Shown piece after piece: positions 28,518 to 38,135 of a DNA stretch of 64,000 nt (the stretch's first letter is position 1; each line of letters opens with the position of its first letter). The position numbers and the translations under genes are program-made. The DNA is from Thermoplasmata archaeon (GTDB lineage Archaea; Thermoplasmatota; Thermoplasmata; Lutacidiplasmatales; UBA184). The notes under the pieces are model-generated. The model saw only the letters and a list, made by a program, of their open reading frames with translations, was not told the origin of the DNA and did not search any database. Where the stretch lies: assembly GCA_052326445.1 (NCBI GenBank), contig JBKQNC010000011.1, positions 65,229-129,228 of the forward strand. Reading direction: 5' to 3'.

Positions 28518-28694
28518 CTAGAGACCGGAGGCGGGAGGGGAAGCAGGAGCCCGCTTGCGGCGGGGGGCGGGTGCGGGTCGTACGGCGGTCTGGTGCGACT
28601 CCCGCCGGTGAAGCTCGAGCGCCTCCTCGGAACGAAAGATGCGCCCACACTCGGCGCAGACGGCCTCGACCTCGTCGTACTCGACGTACGGCAT
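28518..28694 (-). CDS. Small C2H2 zinc-finger protein (58 aa), not present in the ORF track
   Basis: Reverse translation: MPYVEYDEVEAVCAECGRIFRSEEALELHRRESHQTAVRPAPAPRRKRAPASPPASGL. This is a classical C-x2-C-x12-H-x4-H finger; ATG at 28694, TAG at 28518. Confidence 0.6.
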   Translation of the reverse strand: MPYVEYDEVEAVCAECGRIFRSEEALELHRRESHQTAVRPAPAPRRKRAPASPPASGL

Positions 28695-28735
28695 TCTCCC
28701 GGGTCATCGTCGCCCCGGTTAATGGAGTTTCGTTA

Positions 28736-29428
28736 TCAGCTCGGAGTCACCGGAGGGGGCGGAGGGGAAGGTCCGGTCCCGGAGTTCGCGAGCCCGCGAG
28801 CGACCACAACGTGGGCCTCCATGTACGCGGCGAGGAGCAGGAAATACGAAACGAACAGGTAGGACGCCAGCGTCTCGACGGGCGTCAGGAAGGTCGGGAT
28901 CGAGAACGTACGGGCGCGGACGAGTCCGAGCAGGGTGGGAAGGTCGGAAGCGAGGGCGACCGTGATGAAGGCCGAGACGAGCAGGGCCCAGGCTACGGCG
29001 GCCCCCAGGGCCACCCGGCTCGGCACGGCGACCAAGTGGAAGATGAGGTACGCATATGTGACGAAAGTTCCGAAGAGCAGCGAAGCGAGCCCGGCCCCGA
29101 ATACCCCCTCGGCCCACCACGGTGTGCCGATGGAGGGGTAGGCGACGAGAAGGCCGATGAGGAGCGCGGTCGCAACTCCCCCCACGAGGCTCAGGGCGAA
29201 GACCTGCGTCGCCCGCCGGGTGCGATCGTGATGCACTTCGTTCCATTCGTGGCGGCCGATCCAGACGAAAAGGACCCCGATGAGGGTCAGGAGTGCCGGG
29301 ACGATGAACCAAACGTTGGCTGCGGGGTGGGCCATTCCCGGAGTGGCGAGGGTGTAGAGTTCCCCGCCCCCTTCGATCGCGAATCCGATGGAAAGGGCCG
29401 TGAGGCTGATGCGCAGGTTCGTCGGCAC
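28736..29428 (-). CDS. Polytopic membrane protein (hypothetical)
   Basis: 5-6 TM helices with W/F/Y-rich composition. Confidence 0.6.
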   Translation of the reverse strand: MPTNLRISLTALSIGFAIEGGGELYTLATPGMAHPAANVWFIVPALLTLIGVLFVWIGRHEWNEVHHDRTRRATQVFALSLVGGVATALLIGLLVAYPSIGTPWWAEGVFGAGLASLLFGTFVTYAYLIFHLVAVPSRVALGAAVAWALLVSAFITVALASDLPTLLGLVRARTFSIPTFLTPVETLASYLFVSYFLLLAAYMEAHVVVARGLANSGTGPSPPPPPVTPS

Positions 29429-29520
29429 GGATCCCCCGAACGAACGCGACCTAGGCGGACGGGTTCAAACGCCTTCGCCCGCACGGGTCGTGCGGACGGC
29501 TCCGGACCCCGGTCGTGTGC

Positions 29521-30864
29521 CTAGTAGCGCGACCCGTGCGATCGACGATAGCGGGACCGGTCGCCGCCGGGGGATCCACCCCGAGGGCGATACTCCCGGC
29601 GCCCGTGCGCCGGGGAGCGTCCCCCATGGTCGCGGCGGTTACGCTCGGGGCGCGATCCGGGCGGGTTCTCAATGAGCACCGGTGGCGGAGCGGGGGAGTT
29701 GTAATCCCATCCGGGCATGTTCGCCCGGGGGATCTTCTCACCCAGCACCCGCTCCACCCGGAGCAGATCCTGAGCCTCTTCCGGGGCCACGAGAGTGATC
29801 GCGTCACCGCGCCGCTGCGCCCGCGCGGTCCGTCCGACCCGGTGGACGTACGTCTCCGGTTCGTGCGGGACATCGTAGTTGATGACGTGCGAGACTCCTT
29901 CTACATCCACTCCTCGGGCCGCGATGTCGGTGGCGACGAGGACGCGATGGCTTCCGCTCCGGAACCCTTCCAGCGCCAAGATTCGTTGATTCTGGCTCTT
30001 GTTGCCGTGAATAACCCCGACCGAGATGCCCGCCCGCGCCAGGTCCCGAACGAGCCGGTCCGCCCGCCGCTTCGTGCGGACGAAGACAAGTACGCTCGTC
30101 ATGGTCGCATCTTCGAGAAGACGGCACAGCATCGCTGTCTTTTGGGGCGACGGGGCCGGTACGGCGAGATGCGTCACCCCGACGGCGGCGACGGTCTCCG
30201 CCGCGACATGGACCATTCGCGGGTCTCGCAGGAAATCCCGCGAGAGGCGGACGATCTCGGGCGGCATGGTCGCGGAAAAGAGCATGGTCTGCCGGTTCCG
30301 GGGGAGTCGGTCGTGGATCCGGCGGACGTCGGGGAGGAATCCCATGTCGAGCATCCGGTCGGCTTCATCCAGGACTAGGATCTCGAGGGCTCGGAAGTCG
30401 ACGTATCCGCGTTGCATGTGGTCCAGCAGGCGTCCCGGAGTGGCGATGATGATCTCGGCGCCGCCTCGGAGCGCGTGCTCCTGCGGGGCCATCCCGACGC
30501 CGCCGTACACGGCGGCTCCGCGCAGGCCCGTGTGACGGCCGAGCTGTCGGAGGAACCCCTCCGCTTGCAGGGCCAACTCCCGGGTGGGGGTCAGGACCAA
30601 CGCTAGGATCCGGCCGCGGGGCCGGCTCATCAGTCGCTCCAGGATGGGAAGCAGGAAGGCCGCGGTCTTTCCGGTGCCGGTTTGGGCAGTACCGATCAGG
30701 TCCCGTCCCCGGACCGCGTCCGGAATGGCACCCGATTGGATCGCCGTGGGCTGGGAATAGCCCATCTCGCGAATGCCCGCGCGCAGTTGTGCGTTGAGGG
30801 GCAGGTCGTCAAAGGTCGTCGTGCTCGCCGCAGGGCTTGTCTCTCTACTACCGGGGTCGCTCAT
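29521..30864 (-). CDS. DEAD-box ATP-dependent RNA helicase with RG/RS-rich C-terminal tail
   Basis: Q-motif (…TAIQSGAIP…), AQTGTGKT, DEAD, SAT, HRVGRTAR, then a RDHGGRSPAHGRREYRPRGGSPGGDRSRYRRSHGSRY tail. Confidence 0.9.
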   Translation of the reverse strand: MSDPGSRETSPAASTTTFDDLPLNAQLRAGIREMGYSQPTAIQSGAIPDAVRGRDLIGTAQTGTGKTAAFLLPILERLMSRPRGRILALVLTPTRELALQAEGFLRQLGRHTGLRGAAVYGGVGMAPQEHALRGGAEIIIATPGRLLDHMQRGYVDFRALEILVLDEADRMLDMGFLPDVRRIHDRLPRNRQTMLFSATMPPEIVRLSRDFLRDPRMVHVAAETVAAVGVTHLAVPAPSPQKTAMLCRLLEDATMTSVLVFVRTKRRADRLVRDLARAGISVGVIHGNKSQNQRILALEGFRSGSHRVLVATDIAARGVDVEGVSHVINYDVPHEPETYVHRVGRTARAQRRGDAITLVAPEEAQDLLRVERVLGEKIPRANMPGWDYNSPAPPPVLIENPPGSRPERNRRDHGGRSPAHGRREYRPRGGSPGGDRSRYRRSHGSRY

Positions 30865-31094
30865 GTTCGCTTCGGGCGCCCCGATCTGGGTAGGTCGATG
30901 GCGATTCCGTCAACGGGAGGGAGCCGAGGGGGGTAGAAGAAACCTCGCTTCCCCGTGCGCCGACCTATCACCCTCCCTGACTTTGGGCCGTGGACCTGTC
31001 TACGCCCCCCGAATTCGGATCCCGGCCAGGAGCTGGACTCGAGCCTCGTCCGCCGTCCTGCCAGTTCGACAAGGGTTCTTTTTAGCTCCTCGTC

Positions 31095-32306
31095 TTGGCG
31101 CGGTCGATGAGGGGCGGAAACGGCGGCGCCCCTCCTGCACCGCCCCCGGCATCCGAGGGAGCCGGAGCGACCCGGCACCCCCCCTTTCACAATCGACACC
31201 TCGCCTTGACCACGGCCTCGATCGGGGTCTTCCTCGTCGTCATGGGATTCTCGTCCTCCCTGCTCGTCATGCCCGACTTCTACCGCGATTTCCTCTCGGG
31301 GTACGACCCCCCTTTCGATGCGATCGCGGGCGTCCTCCTGATCCTGCTAGCGGTCCGGATCGAGGAGCAGAGCGCCGTGGCGTGGATCTTCTCGCTCCTT
31401 GCTCCGACGCTGACGATCTTCATCGCGGCGTTCAGCCCGAACCTCTTCTCGCTCGCCTCGGCGGCGGCCGCGACGTGCTTGGTCGTCCTCATCTTCCCGT
31501 TCCGCGGCGGATTCTACCGGGGGGCGGTCACAGGACCCGCTTCGACCCAGCTGATCGTCGTCGTCGCGGCACTGATGTCCCTCTTGTTCGGGATGGCGGG
31601 GGCGCGGGAGCTCGGCAGCGACTTTGCACCGCAGATCCACGGGTGGAGCGAGGCGCTCTACTTCACGGTCACCACGATCTCGACGAACGGGTCCGAGTAC
31701 GCCCCGTTGACCGACACGGCCCGGTCGTTCGTCGTGATCCTCATCCTCCTCGGCGTGGGAACGTTCTTATCGGCCGTGGTGGTCCTCTTCCTGCCCTTCC
31801 TCGAGCGCCGGCTCGAGCGTATCGCGCAACGGATCCAGCGGTCCCAGATGGAAGAGATCAGTGACCATGTCATCATCTGCGGTGCTTCGACCACGGCCCG
31901 AGCCACGGCGGAGACCTTCCGGGAGGAAGGCGTCAAGTCGGTGATCCTCGCCTCCGACGTGGCGGACGTGGAACAGTTCCGCACCGAGGGGTATGTATCG
32001 CAACGCGGCGACTCCTCCTCCGAGGAGGACCTTAAGTCGGTCGGCATCGGCCGGGCGCGGGCGCTGATCGCCGCCGATGACTCCGACGCCGAGAACCTCC
32101 TGACCGTCATTACCGCCCGCGGGATCGACAGTCAGCTCCGCATCGTGGCCGTGGCGACGGCTCCGAGCAGCCTCTCCAAGCTCCGCAAGGCCGGGGCGAA
32201 CGAGGCGATCAACGCCGTGGCGGTCGCCGCGAAACTCGTGAGCTCCGCGGCGCTCGAGGCCCCCGGCGCCACGGGGGTCCACTCCCACACGATCGTGCAC
32301 GGCTAA
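31095..32306 (+). CDS. Tetrameric cation-channel-fold protein with C-terminal RCK/TrkA-N domain; non-canonical selectivity filter
   Basis: Pore-helix-like …WSEALYFTVTTISTNGSEYAPL… where TVGYGD would be expected. RCK Rossmann motif HVIICGAS…, then SVILASDV…. Confidence 0.7.
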   Translation: MARSMRGGNGGAPPAPPPASEGAGATRHPPFHNRHLALTTASIGVFLVVMGFSSSLLVMPDFYRDFLSGYDPPFDAIAGVLLILLAVRIEEQSAVAWIFSLLAPTLTIFIAAFSPNLFSLASAAAATCLVVLIFPFRGGFYRGAVTGPASTQLIVVVAALMSLLFGMAGARELGSDFAPQIHGWSEALYFTVTTISTNGSEYAPLTDTARSFVVILILLGVGTFLSAVVVLFLPFLERRLERIAQRIQRSQMEEISDHVIICGASTTARATAETFREEGVKSVILASDVADVEQFRTEGYVSQRGDSSSEEDLKSVGIGRARALIAADDSDAENLLTVITARGIDSQLRIVAVATAPSSLSKLRKAGANEAINAVAVAAKLVSSAALEAPGATGVHSHTIVHG

Positions 32307-32330
32307 GTTCCGCCGCGGACGCGGGCCGGC

Positions 32331-32344
32331 GAGTCCGAGGACTC
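32331..32344. terminator. Perfect palindrome GAGTCC-GA-GGACTC between convergent genes
   Basis: Located between the channel stop (32306) and the minus-strand glycoprotein stop (32387). Confidence 0.3.
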
Positions 32345-32386
32345 GGCAGAAGCCTCGGACCCTTTGGCGGAAGACCCCTCGTCGGC

Positions 32387-34948
32387 TCAGACGAAGAAGA
32401 CCGGTACCATGACCGATCGGTGGTCTACTTCGAACGAGCCATTCCGCAGAAGGGGGTGCCAGGTCGAGTCACCGCGCACCGAGTAGGCGTACAGTCCGTG
32501 CGGTTCCCAGAAGACCAGGCTGGTCGACCGGGTATGCTGGGTGTACCCGTCGAGGGTGATCGACCAGGGCGCTCCTTGAGCCGGAAGCCCGTGCTCGACG
32601 AACGTTACCCGGTAGAGCGCGAACGGGAGCAATGGGGCGTAGTCGCCTCCGTTCGTGATCTGTCCGCTGTCGTTGTACGGGAGGACGCCGTAGGGGTTCG
32701 AGGAGGTTCCGTAGTTGGACCAGAAGTTCCCGCCCTGTTCGTTCGTTCCGAGAATGCTACCGGAAAGCGGCCAGCCGTTCACCCACCGGACCGTGGAGGC
32801 CGGTTCCGGAGTGACATTCCACCGGTCGTGGTACGAGGTGGTACGGTAGGTCGTCGGGTTGTACACCGGCGTGATCGCGGGGAGCGGGACGTCGAAGTAG
32901 TTGTTGTAGGTCAGGTCCCCGTTCGTATACAGCTCGAGGCCCGCCTGGTCGGAGGCGTTCATCAGGTTCTGGGGGTCGGGGCAGGGAGGGATCGAGACGG
33001 TGAAGGTGTTCCCCCAGATGACGTTCGACCCGTGATATTGGTAGACCGAGACCCCCATGTCCTCGAAGTCGTTGCCGGCGATCAAGTCGTGGGACGAGTT
33101 CCATAGGATCACGTTCCCGAACGAAAGCCCCGTGTCCTCCGCGCTGAACCATCCGGAAATGACCGACGTGTCCACGAGCGAGACGTTCGACGCGTTGCGG
33201 AAGGTGAACTGAAGGTAGTTGAAGGTCGGGAACCCGTAGACGGCGAGGGCCGCGGCCTGGCCAGGAAGCGAGTACTGGACGAGGAAGGAGGGCGCGTTCT
33301 CGATGGAAACGTAGTCGGTCGTGTAGCTGAGGAAGACCCCCATGAACACCGGGTACTCGAAGTCGTTGAACTGCCCGAACAACGGGTCGATCGCGCCGGG
33401 CTGATTGACCAGGACGTAAGGGTTGGCTCTGGTGCCGGTGCCCCCGGGTTGGCTGATGGCGGCGAGTTGCGCATTGTTCCAGGCCCAGAGCGGGGTGTAG
33501 ACACCGAGCACCGGGTCCGGGGTCAGTTTGAGGGTCATTGATGCAGTGCCCCCAAGCGTGACGGTCATCGGGCGGAAGTCGCTCAACAGAACCTGGTACG
33601 TGTACGTCCCGGCCGGTAACTCAAAATCGGCCTGCCCGGTCGCGAGGACCGGGGCCCACTGGGCCGTGCCCTGGTGGAACTTGGCCCCAACCGATACGAA
33701 GACGAACGCGTTGGAAGGGGTGACGCTCAGGTCCTGGTCGACGTGGCCGAACGCCGCTCCCTTCAGGCCCCACAAGGGCACGAGCAGGGAAGGGCCCGGG
33801 CCCAAGTGCGCCTCGGGGGAGGACCCGCCCGAGGCCCATTCCGCCATCCCCTCGGTGGTTTCTCCCGTGTCGGTTCCGAAGTCGTAGGCCGCGGGCACCG
33901 ACTGGTAGCTACTCGTCCCGTTCGGGATCGTCAGCAACTGCATCGTCCCTTGAACGTCGGAGACCGACATGGTCGAGCCGTCGTCCGACCCTCCCAACAT
34001 CAGCTCGGCGTCGTTCGGGAGGTACCCGTTCGCCCCGTAGGCCTTTCCGTTCAGCTGGAATGAGGGAAGGGGCGCGGGGGTCTTCGCGGGGGCCGAACCG
34101 GTCGAGTTGAAGACCACCCGGTCGTAGGAACCCGAAACCGTCTGTCCATTCGCCTCGGTCACGGAGTAGTTGAGGTAGACCACGGGCCGGTTGTGCCAGA
34201 GGGTCGCGTTGTTGTACACCCGAACCGTGAACGGCATGGCGGTGTGGAAGGTTGGCCCATTGGCGAAATAGTAGATCGGCGGGTACTCGAACCCGTCATA
34301 CTTGTACAGGGAGTTGGCCGTGAAATTGAAGGCCGGGTTGGAGAAGTTCCAGATGTTGTCGATGAACGAGAGCTGGCCCAGATGCGGGATGTATTCCGGA
34401 ACGTTCTGGATCCAGAACTGGTAGCTCGTGTTCCCGAACAGGTCCACTCCCGTCAACACCGTGTTGAGCTGGACCGAGACCGTGTCCGGACCCGAGGCGT
34501 CCATGTACGTCGAGTTGAGACTGTCCAGGGTGAGAGTGCCCTCCACGCTCGCCGTGTAGGAGACCGAGCCCACGTCCTTCCCGTTCACTTCCTGGGTGCC
34601 GAAGTACCCCAGTCCCATCGGTGCGGGCGCCTCGGTGTAGAGAGGTGATACGATGTGGTCAAGGAGGGGGACGTGGGCGTTGAAATTCGGGAGGAAAACG
34701 TCCTTGGCGGGAACGCGGTCGGTCGCGAGTTCCGAGTGAACGCGGAGGGAAACGGCAGCGGCGGACGGGGTCGGAGCGTCGGCAGTGACCATGGCTGGGG
34801 ATCCGGTGGCGGTTGGCGCAACGGCGCCCACCATGGGAGTCCGGGTTGGACCGGAACTGCTCCCCACGATGAACAAGCCCGAGGCCACCATGACGAGAGT
34901 TACGGCGAGAACCAAGCCCATCCGCGGGATGGCCATCCGCTGCATCAC
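32387..34948 (-). CDS. Large secreted, heavily N-glycosylated beta-helix surface protein (thermopsin-like?)
   Basis: Signal peptide; at least 14 N-x-S/T sequons; repeated beta-helix-like units (e.g. NDFEDMGVSVYQYHGSNVIWGNTF). The family assignment is tentative. Confidence 0.6.
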   Translation of the reverse strand: MMQRMAIPRMGLVLAVTLVMVASGLFIVGSSSGPTRTPMVGAVAPTATGSPAMVTADAPTPSAAAVSLRVHSELATDRVPAKDVFLPNFNAHVPLLDHIVSPLYTEAPAPMGLGYFGTQEVNGKDVGSVSYTASVEGTLTLDSLNSTYMDASGPDTVSVQLNTVLTGVDLFGNTSYQFWIQNVPEYIPHLGQLSFIDNIWNFSNPAFNFTANSLYKYDGFEYPPIYYFANGPTFHTAMPFTVRVYNNATLWHNRPVVYLNYSVTEANGQTVSGSYDRVVFNSTGSAPAKTPAPLPSFQLNGKAYGANGYLPNDAELMLGGSDDGSTMSVSDVQGTMQLLTIPNGTSSYQSVPAAYDFGTDTGETTEGMAEWASGGSSPEAHLGPGPSLLVPLWGLKGAAFGHVDQDLSVTPSNAFVFVSVGAKFHQGTAQWAPVLATGQADFELPAGTYTYQVLLSDFRPMTVTLGGTASMTLKLTPDPVLGVYTPLWAWNNAQLAAISQPGGTGTRANPYVLVNQPGAIDPLFGQFNDFEYPVFMGVFLSYTTDYVSIENAPSFLVQYSLPGQAAALAVYGFPTFNYLQFTFRNASNVSLVDTSVISGWFSAEDTGLSFGNVILWNSSHDLIAGNDFEDMGVSVYQYHGSNVIWGNTFTVSIPPCPDPQNLMNASDQAGLELYTNGDLTYNNYFDVPLPAITPVYNPTTYRTTSYHDRWNVTPEPASTVRWVNGWPLSGSILGTNEQGGNFWSNYGTSSNPYGVLPYNDSGQITNGGDYAPLLPFALYRVTFVEHGLPAQGAPWSITLDGYTQHTRSTSLVFWEPHGLYAYSVRGDSTWHPLLRNGSFEVDHRSVMVPVFFV

Positions 34949-35030
34949 CGCGCGGAAGTTGGAGGGGGATATACGTCACGCGGTATAGGTCGCAACGCGG
35001 GTCTTCTCCGGCTCGCTCTCGACCCCAGAT

Positions 35031-35435
35031 TCAGTCTATCGCAGCGACCGCTTCGACCTCGAGGAGCAGTTCGGGGCGGAAGAGGCGGCTCACCTGGACC
35101 GCGGTGCTGGCCGGGGGGTGTTCCGGGTCGATGAACTGGTTGCGGACCTTACGAATCTCGGGGAGTCCTCGGATGTCGGTCACGAAGATCGTGAGCTTCA
35201 CGACCGATCGAAACGTCGTTCCTGCCGCTTGGAGTGCCAGCTCGAGATTCTTGAAGGTCTGCTCCGCCTGGCGAGAATAATCGCCGGCCCCAATGACCGT
35301 GCCGGATGGGTCCAGGGCCACTTGTCCTGAGATGAAGACGAGGCCGCCGCCGGAGACCCGAGCCACGTGCGAGTATCCAACCGGGGGGTGCATCGTAGGG
35401 GGGTTCAGGAATTCGACCCGGTTCGAATCGGTCAT
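35031..35435 (-). CDS. ridA: RidA/YjgF family reactive-intermediate deaminase
   Basis: …VGYSHVARVSGGGLVFISGQVALDPSGTV…, SVVKLTIFVTDI, and AVQVSRLFRPELLLEVEAVA. Confidence 0.85.
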   Translation of the reverse strand: MTDSNRVEFLNPPTMHPPVGYSHVARVSGGGLVFISGQVALDPSGTVIGAGDYSRQAEQTFKNLELALQAAGTTFRSVVKLTIFVTDIRGLPEIRKVRNQFIDPEHPPASTAVQVSRLFRPELLLEVEAVAAID

Positions 35436-35609
35436 GTCAACGCGTTGGCGCTCGGCTACTTCCCCGTTTCCCCTTCAGATGGCCATCAGGGTGGCCCCCC
35501 CTCGAGCGGGCCTCCGAAGCGGTGACCCGTGCCCCCGGAGTCACGAGACCTGAGCGAGGGAGACAGCCGATATGCGAGCCAAGAATGGGTTCCCCGTGAG
35601 GCAATCCCG

Positions 35610-35903
35610 ATGACGCGGATTCCGGTTTGGGTCAAAGCGGGGAGCCCTTCGGACTCGTTGGGGTGGGACGCGTGGCGCCAACGCTGGGTGGTGGCTTGTC
35701 GGGAACCCCCGGTGAGCGGCCGGGCGAATCGTGCGGTCGCCGGATTGGTGGCCGGCTGGCTGGCCGTGCCGCCCTCCTCGGTTCGATGGGAGCAAGCCGG
35801 CACGTCGCGCGCGAAGTTGCTGGTCGTGGAAGGTCTCGAGGATCGAGAGGTCGAGGCCCGATTGCGTGCGCAGGTCGCGACTCGGAAGCGAAATTCGGAG
35901 TGA
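35610..35903 (+). CDS. DUF167 (YggU-like) protein
   Basis: RIPVWVKAGSPSDSLGWDAWRQRWVVACREPPVSGRANRAVAGLVAGWLAVPPSSVRWEQAGTSRAKLLVVEG matches the DUF167 pattern. Confidence 0.6.
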   Translation: MTRIPVWVKAGSPSDSLGWDAWRQRWVVACREPPVSGRANRAVAGLVAGWLAVPPSSVRWEQAGTSRAKLLVVEGLEDREVEARLRAQVATRKRNSE

Positions 35904-35977
35904 GCGCCGACGATGGGAACCGAGATCCCGGGCTCCGTCCCGCGCTAAGATAAGGGGGGTCGCGTCCTGCAAAGGAA

Positions 35978-37213
35978 GTGGACCGTACTTCCTCCTTGGC
36001 CGCCCGTTCGGTAGGCGTGAACGCTCCGACGGGCGGAACCAGCACCTCCGCGGAGCCGGCCCTGTTGGCCGTCCAGGGTGCCCGGATCTATCCTTCGCCG
36101 GACGAACCGTCCATCCCGAACGGGACGGTCGTGATGCGGGCGGGCCGTATTGAGGCGGTCGGAGTCGATCTGCCCATCCCGCCGGAGGCCCGAGTCCTTC
36201 CGGGCGACGGGAAGTTCCTCACGGCCGGTTTCTGGAACGCCCACGTTCGCTTCACCGAGCGCCAATGGAGGGACCCGGCGCGGAAGTCGCGCGATCTCCT
36301 CGAGACCCAGCTTCAGGAAATGCTGACGGGCCGCGGATTCACCACGGTCGTCGACACGGGCTCTGACCCCCGCGTCACCTTCCCCCTCCGCCAGCGGATC
36401 GAAGCCGGCGGCCTGCACGGCCCTCGAATTTTCACGTCGGGGCCCGGGCTGTATCCTCCGAGAGGGATTCCCTACTACCTACGGGGGAGCATCCCGTTCT
36501 GGGTCCGATTTCTGATTCCGCAGCCCGCCTCTCCCCGCGTCGCTCGCCGGATCGCGGAGAAGATGATCTCGAGCGGCACCGACCTCGTGAAACTCTTCAC
36601 CGGTTCGTACATCGCCCGCGGCAAGGTGAAGAACATGGCCGAGTCGGTCGCCCGCGCCGCGGTGGAGGTCGCCCACGCCCACGGTCAACTGGCCTACAGC
36701 CACGCCTCGAACTTGGAAGGGACCCGCGTGGCGATCCAGGCCGGGGTGGACGTGCTGGCCCACCCTCCGGACTCCACCGAAGGGATCGATGAATCGATCC
36801 TGCGCACGCTGGTAGACCGCCAGATGGCGATGACCCCGACGCTCAAGATGTTCGCCGACACGGTGAGCCCGAGCCCCGAATACCTCCAGCCGATCTACGA
36901 AGTGGTCCGGAGGTTTCATGCGCTGGGCGGAGAACTTCTGTTCGGGACCGATGTCGGGTACTTGCACGATCCTTCCACCGACGACGAGTTTCGCGCCCTC
37001 GAGCGTTGCGGCCTGAACGGGACGAGCATCCTCCGGATGTTGACCACGGCCCCGGCCCATCGGTTCCGACGGGGAGAGGATCCGGCGATCGTGAGCGTGG
37101 GCCGACCGGCCGACCTGGTGCTCTTGGACCGGGACCCGATGCACGAGGTCGGCGCGTTCGCCCAGGTGCGTGCCACGATCCGCGGGGGCCGGATCCTGTA
37201 CCTGCGGTCTTAG
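35978..37213 (+). CDS. Amidohydrolase family metal-dependent hydrolase; start uncertain
   Basis: GFWNAHVRF (the HxH-like metal site position), …VAHAHGQLAYSHAS…, and GTDVGYL (the metal-binding Asp context). Confidence 0.7.
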   Translation: MDRTSSLAARSVGVNAPTGGTSTSAEPALLAVQGARIYPSPDEPSIPNGTVVMRAGRIEAVGVDLPIPPEARVLPGDGKFLTAGFWNAHVRFTERQWRDPARKSRDLLETQLQEMLTGRGFTTVVDTGSDPRVTFPLRQRIEAGGLHGPRIFTSGPGLYPPRGIPYYLRGSIPFWVRFLIPQPASPRVARRIAEKMISSGTDLVKLFTGSYIARGKVKNMAESVARAAVEVAHAHGQLAYSHASNLEGTRVAIQAGVDVLAHPPDSTEGIDESILRTLVDRQMAMTPTLKMFADTVSPSPEYLQPIYEVVRRFHALGGELLFGTDVGYLHDPSTDDEFRALERCGLNGTSILRMLTTAPAHRFRRGEDPAIVSVGRPADLVLLDRDPMHEVGAFAQVRATIRGGRILYLRS

Positions 37214-37294
37214 GCTTCTCGGGGCTGCGCTCCTCCCGCAGTCCCCCGCTATCCGCTGGCCCGCCTGATCGGTGGGGCTTTTCTCTTCCTCGCC

Positions 37295-37615
37295 ATGGGT
37301 CAACCCATGTCCACCGGCGCCGCACCCAAGACCTTCATCTCGGACCTTCGGCCCGGTCGCGTCGCAACCTTCGAAGCTACGATCGCCAAGTTGGAGACCG
37401 TTCGAGAGTTCGAGCCCCGCAGTGGGGGCAAGAAGAAGGTCCAGAATGGGACCCTGAAGGACGGCACCGGAGAGATCTCCCTCGTACTCTGGGGCGACGA
37501 GGTCGGGACGGTCTCGGAGGGCGAGAAGGTCCGGGTCGTGGAAGGGTGGGTCAAGGATTACAATGGTCGGCCGCAGATATCCCTCGGCCGAACCGGTCGG
37601 ATCGAAAAGCTCTAG
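37295..37615 (+). CDS. Small OB-fold nucleic-acid-binding (SSB/RPA-like) protein, paralog 2
   Basis: …GTLKDGTGEISLVLWGDEVGTVSEGEKVRVVEGWVKDYNGRPQISLGRTGRIEKL is alignable with 14729..15016. Confidence 0.6.
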   Translation: MGQPMSTGAAPKTFISDLRPGRVATFEATIAKLETVREFEPRSGGKKKVQNGTLKDGTGEISLVLWGDEVGTVSEGEKVRVVEGWVKDYNGRPQISLGRTGRIEKL

Positions 37616-37641
37616 CCCGGACGCTGGCCCGAACCGCCGCT

Positions 37642-37658
37642 CCGTCCATTCCGGACGG
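37642..37658. terminator. Hairpin CCGTCC-ATTCC-GGACGG between convergent genes
   Basis: 6-bp GC stem between the stops of 37295..37615 (+) and 37679..38095 (-). Confidence 0.3.
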
Positions 37659-37678
37659 TCACCGGCCCTTCGAGGGGG

Positions 37679-38095
37679 TTACGGGAGAGATTCGCGGTCC
37701 TTCACCCGGCGCACGAACTTGAGCCCCGACCAGACATCTGTAAGGGCGGCCACCTTGACGTCGACGAGTCCGGCCCGAAGACCGATCTCGCGGACCACAT
37801 GCTCGTCCAAGTCGGACGGGACATCCGAACTTTTCTTGGGCCAGGCGGCCCAGACCATCCCCGCCGGGGCCAGTGCCCGGCTCACTTTGCGGAACGTGCG
37901 TCCCAGCTCCGCGCGAGAGGTTGAAAACACGAGGGCGAAGTCGAGGATGCCGTCCGGCGCGGGTGCCGGTTCGCAGCCGGTCATGGCCGCCCGCAACTTC
38001 ACGTGGACCTCCGTCGGCTCGTTCGAAAGGTACACCCGGAAACCGGTTCGGATGCCGAGCTTGTTGGGCAGTGGCGTATCCGAGTACCCGGCCAT
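37679..38095 (-). CDS. DUF3052 family protein
   Basis: MAGYSDTPLPNKLGIRTGFRVYL… matches the conserved DUF3052 N-terminus. The family is mainly actinobacterial. Confidence 0.6.
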   Translation of the reverse strand: MAGYSDTPLPNKLGIRTGFRVYLSNEPTEVHVKLRAAMTGCEPAPAPDGILDFALVFSTSRAELGRTFRKVSRALAPAGMVWAAWPKKSSDVPSDLDEHVVREIGLRAGLVDVKVAALTDVWSGLKFVRRVKDRESLP

Positions 38096-38135
38096 GTCCG
38101 GAGCGGCCCAACCGTCCCGAGAAAATGAGCTCGCC

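Noticed and set aside
26941-28521. 526-aa + ORF spanning the MFS 3' end and the epimerase
   Set aside because: Different frame from both real genes; R/G-rich; no motifs.
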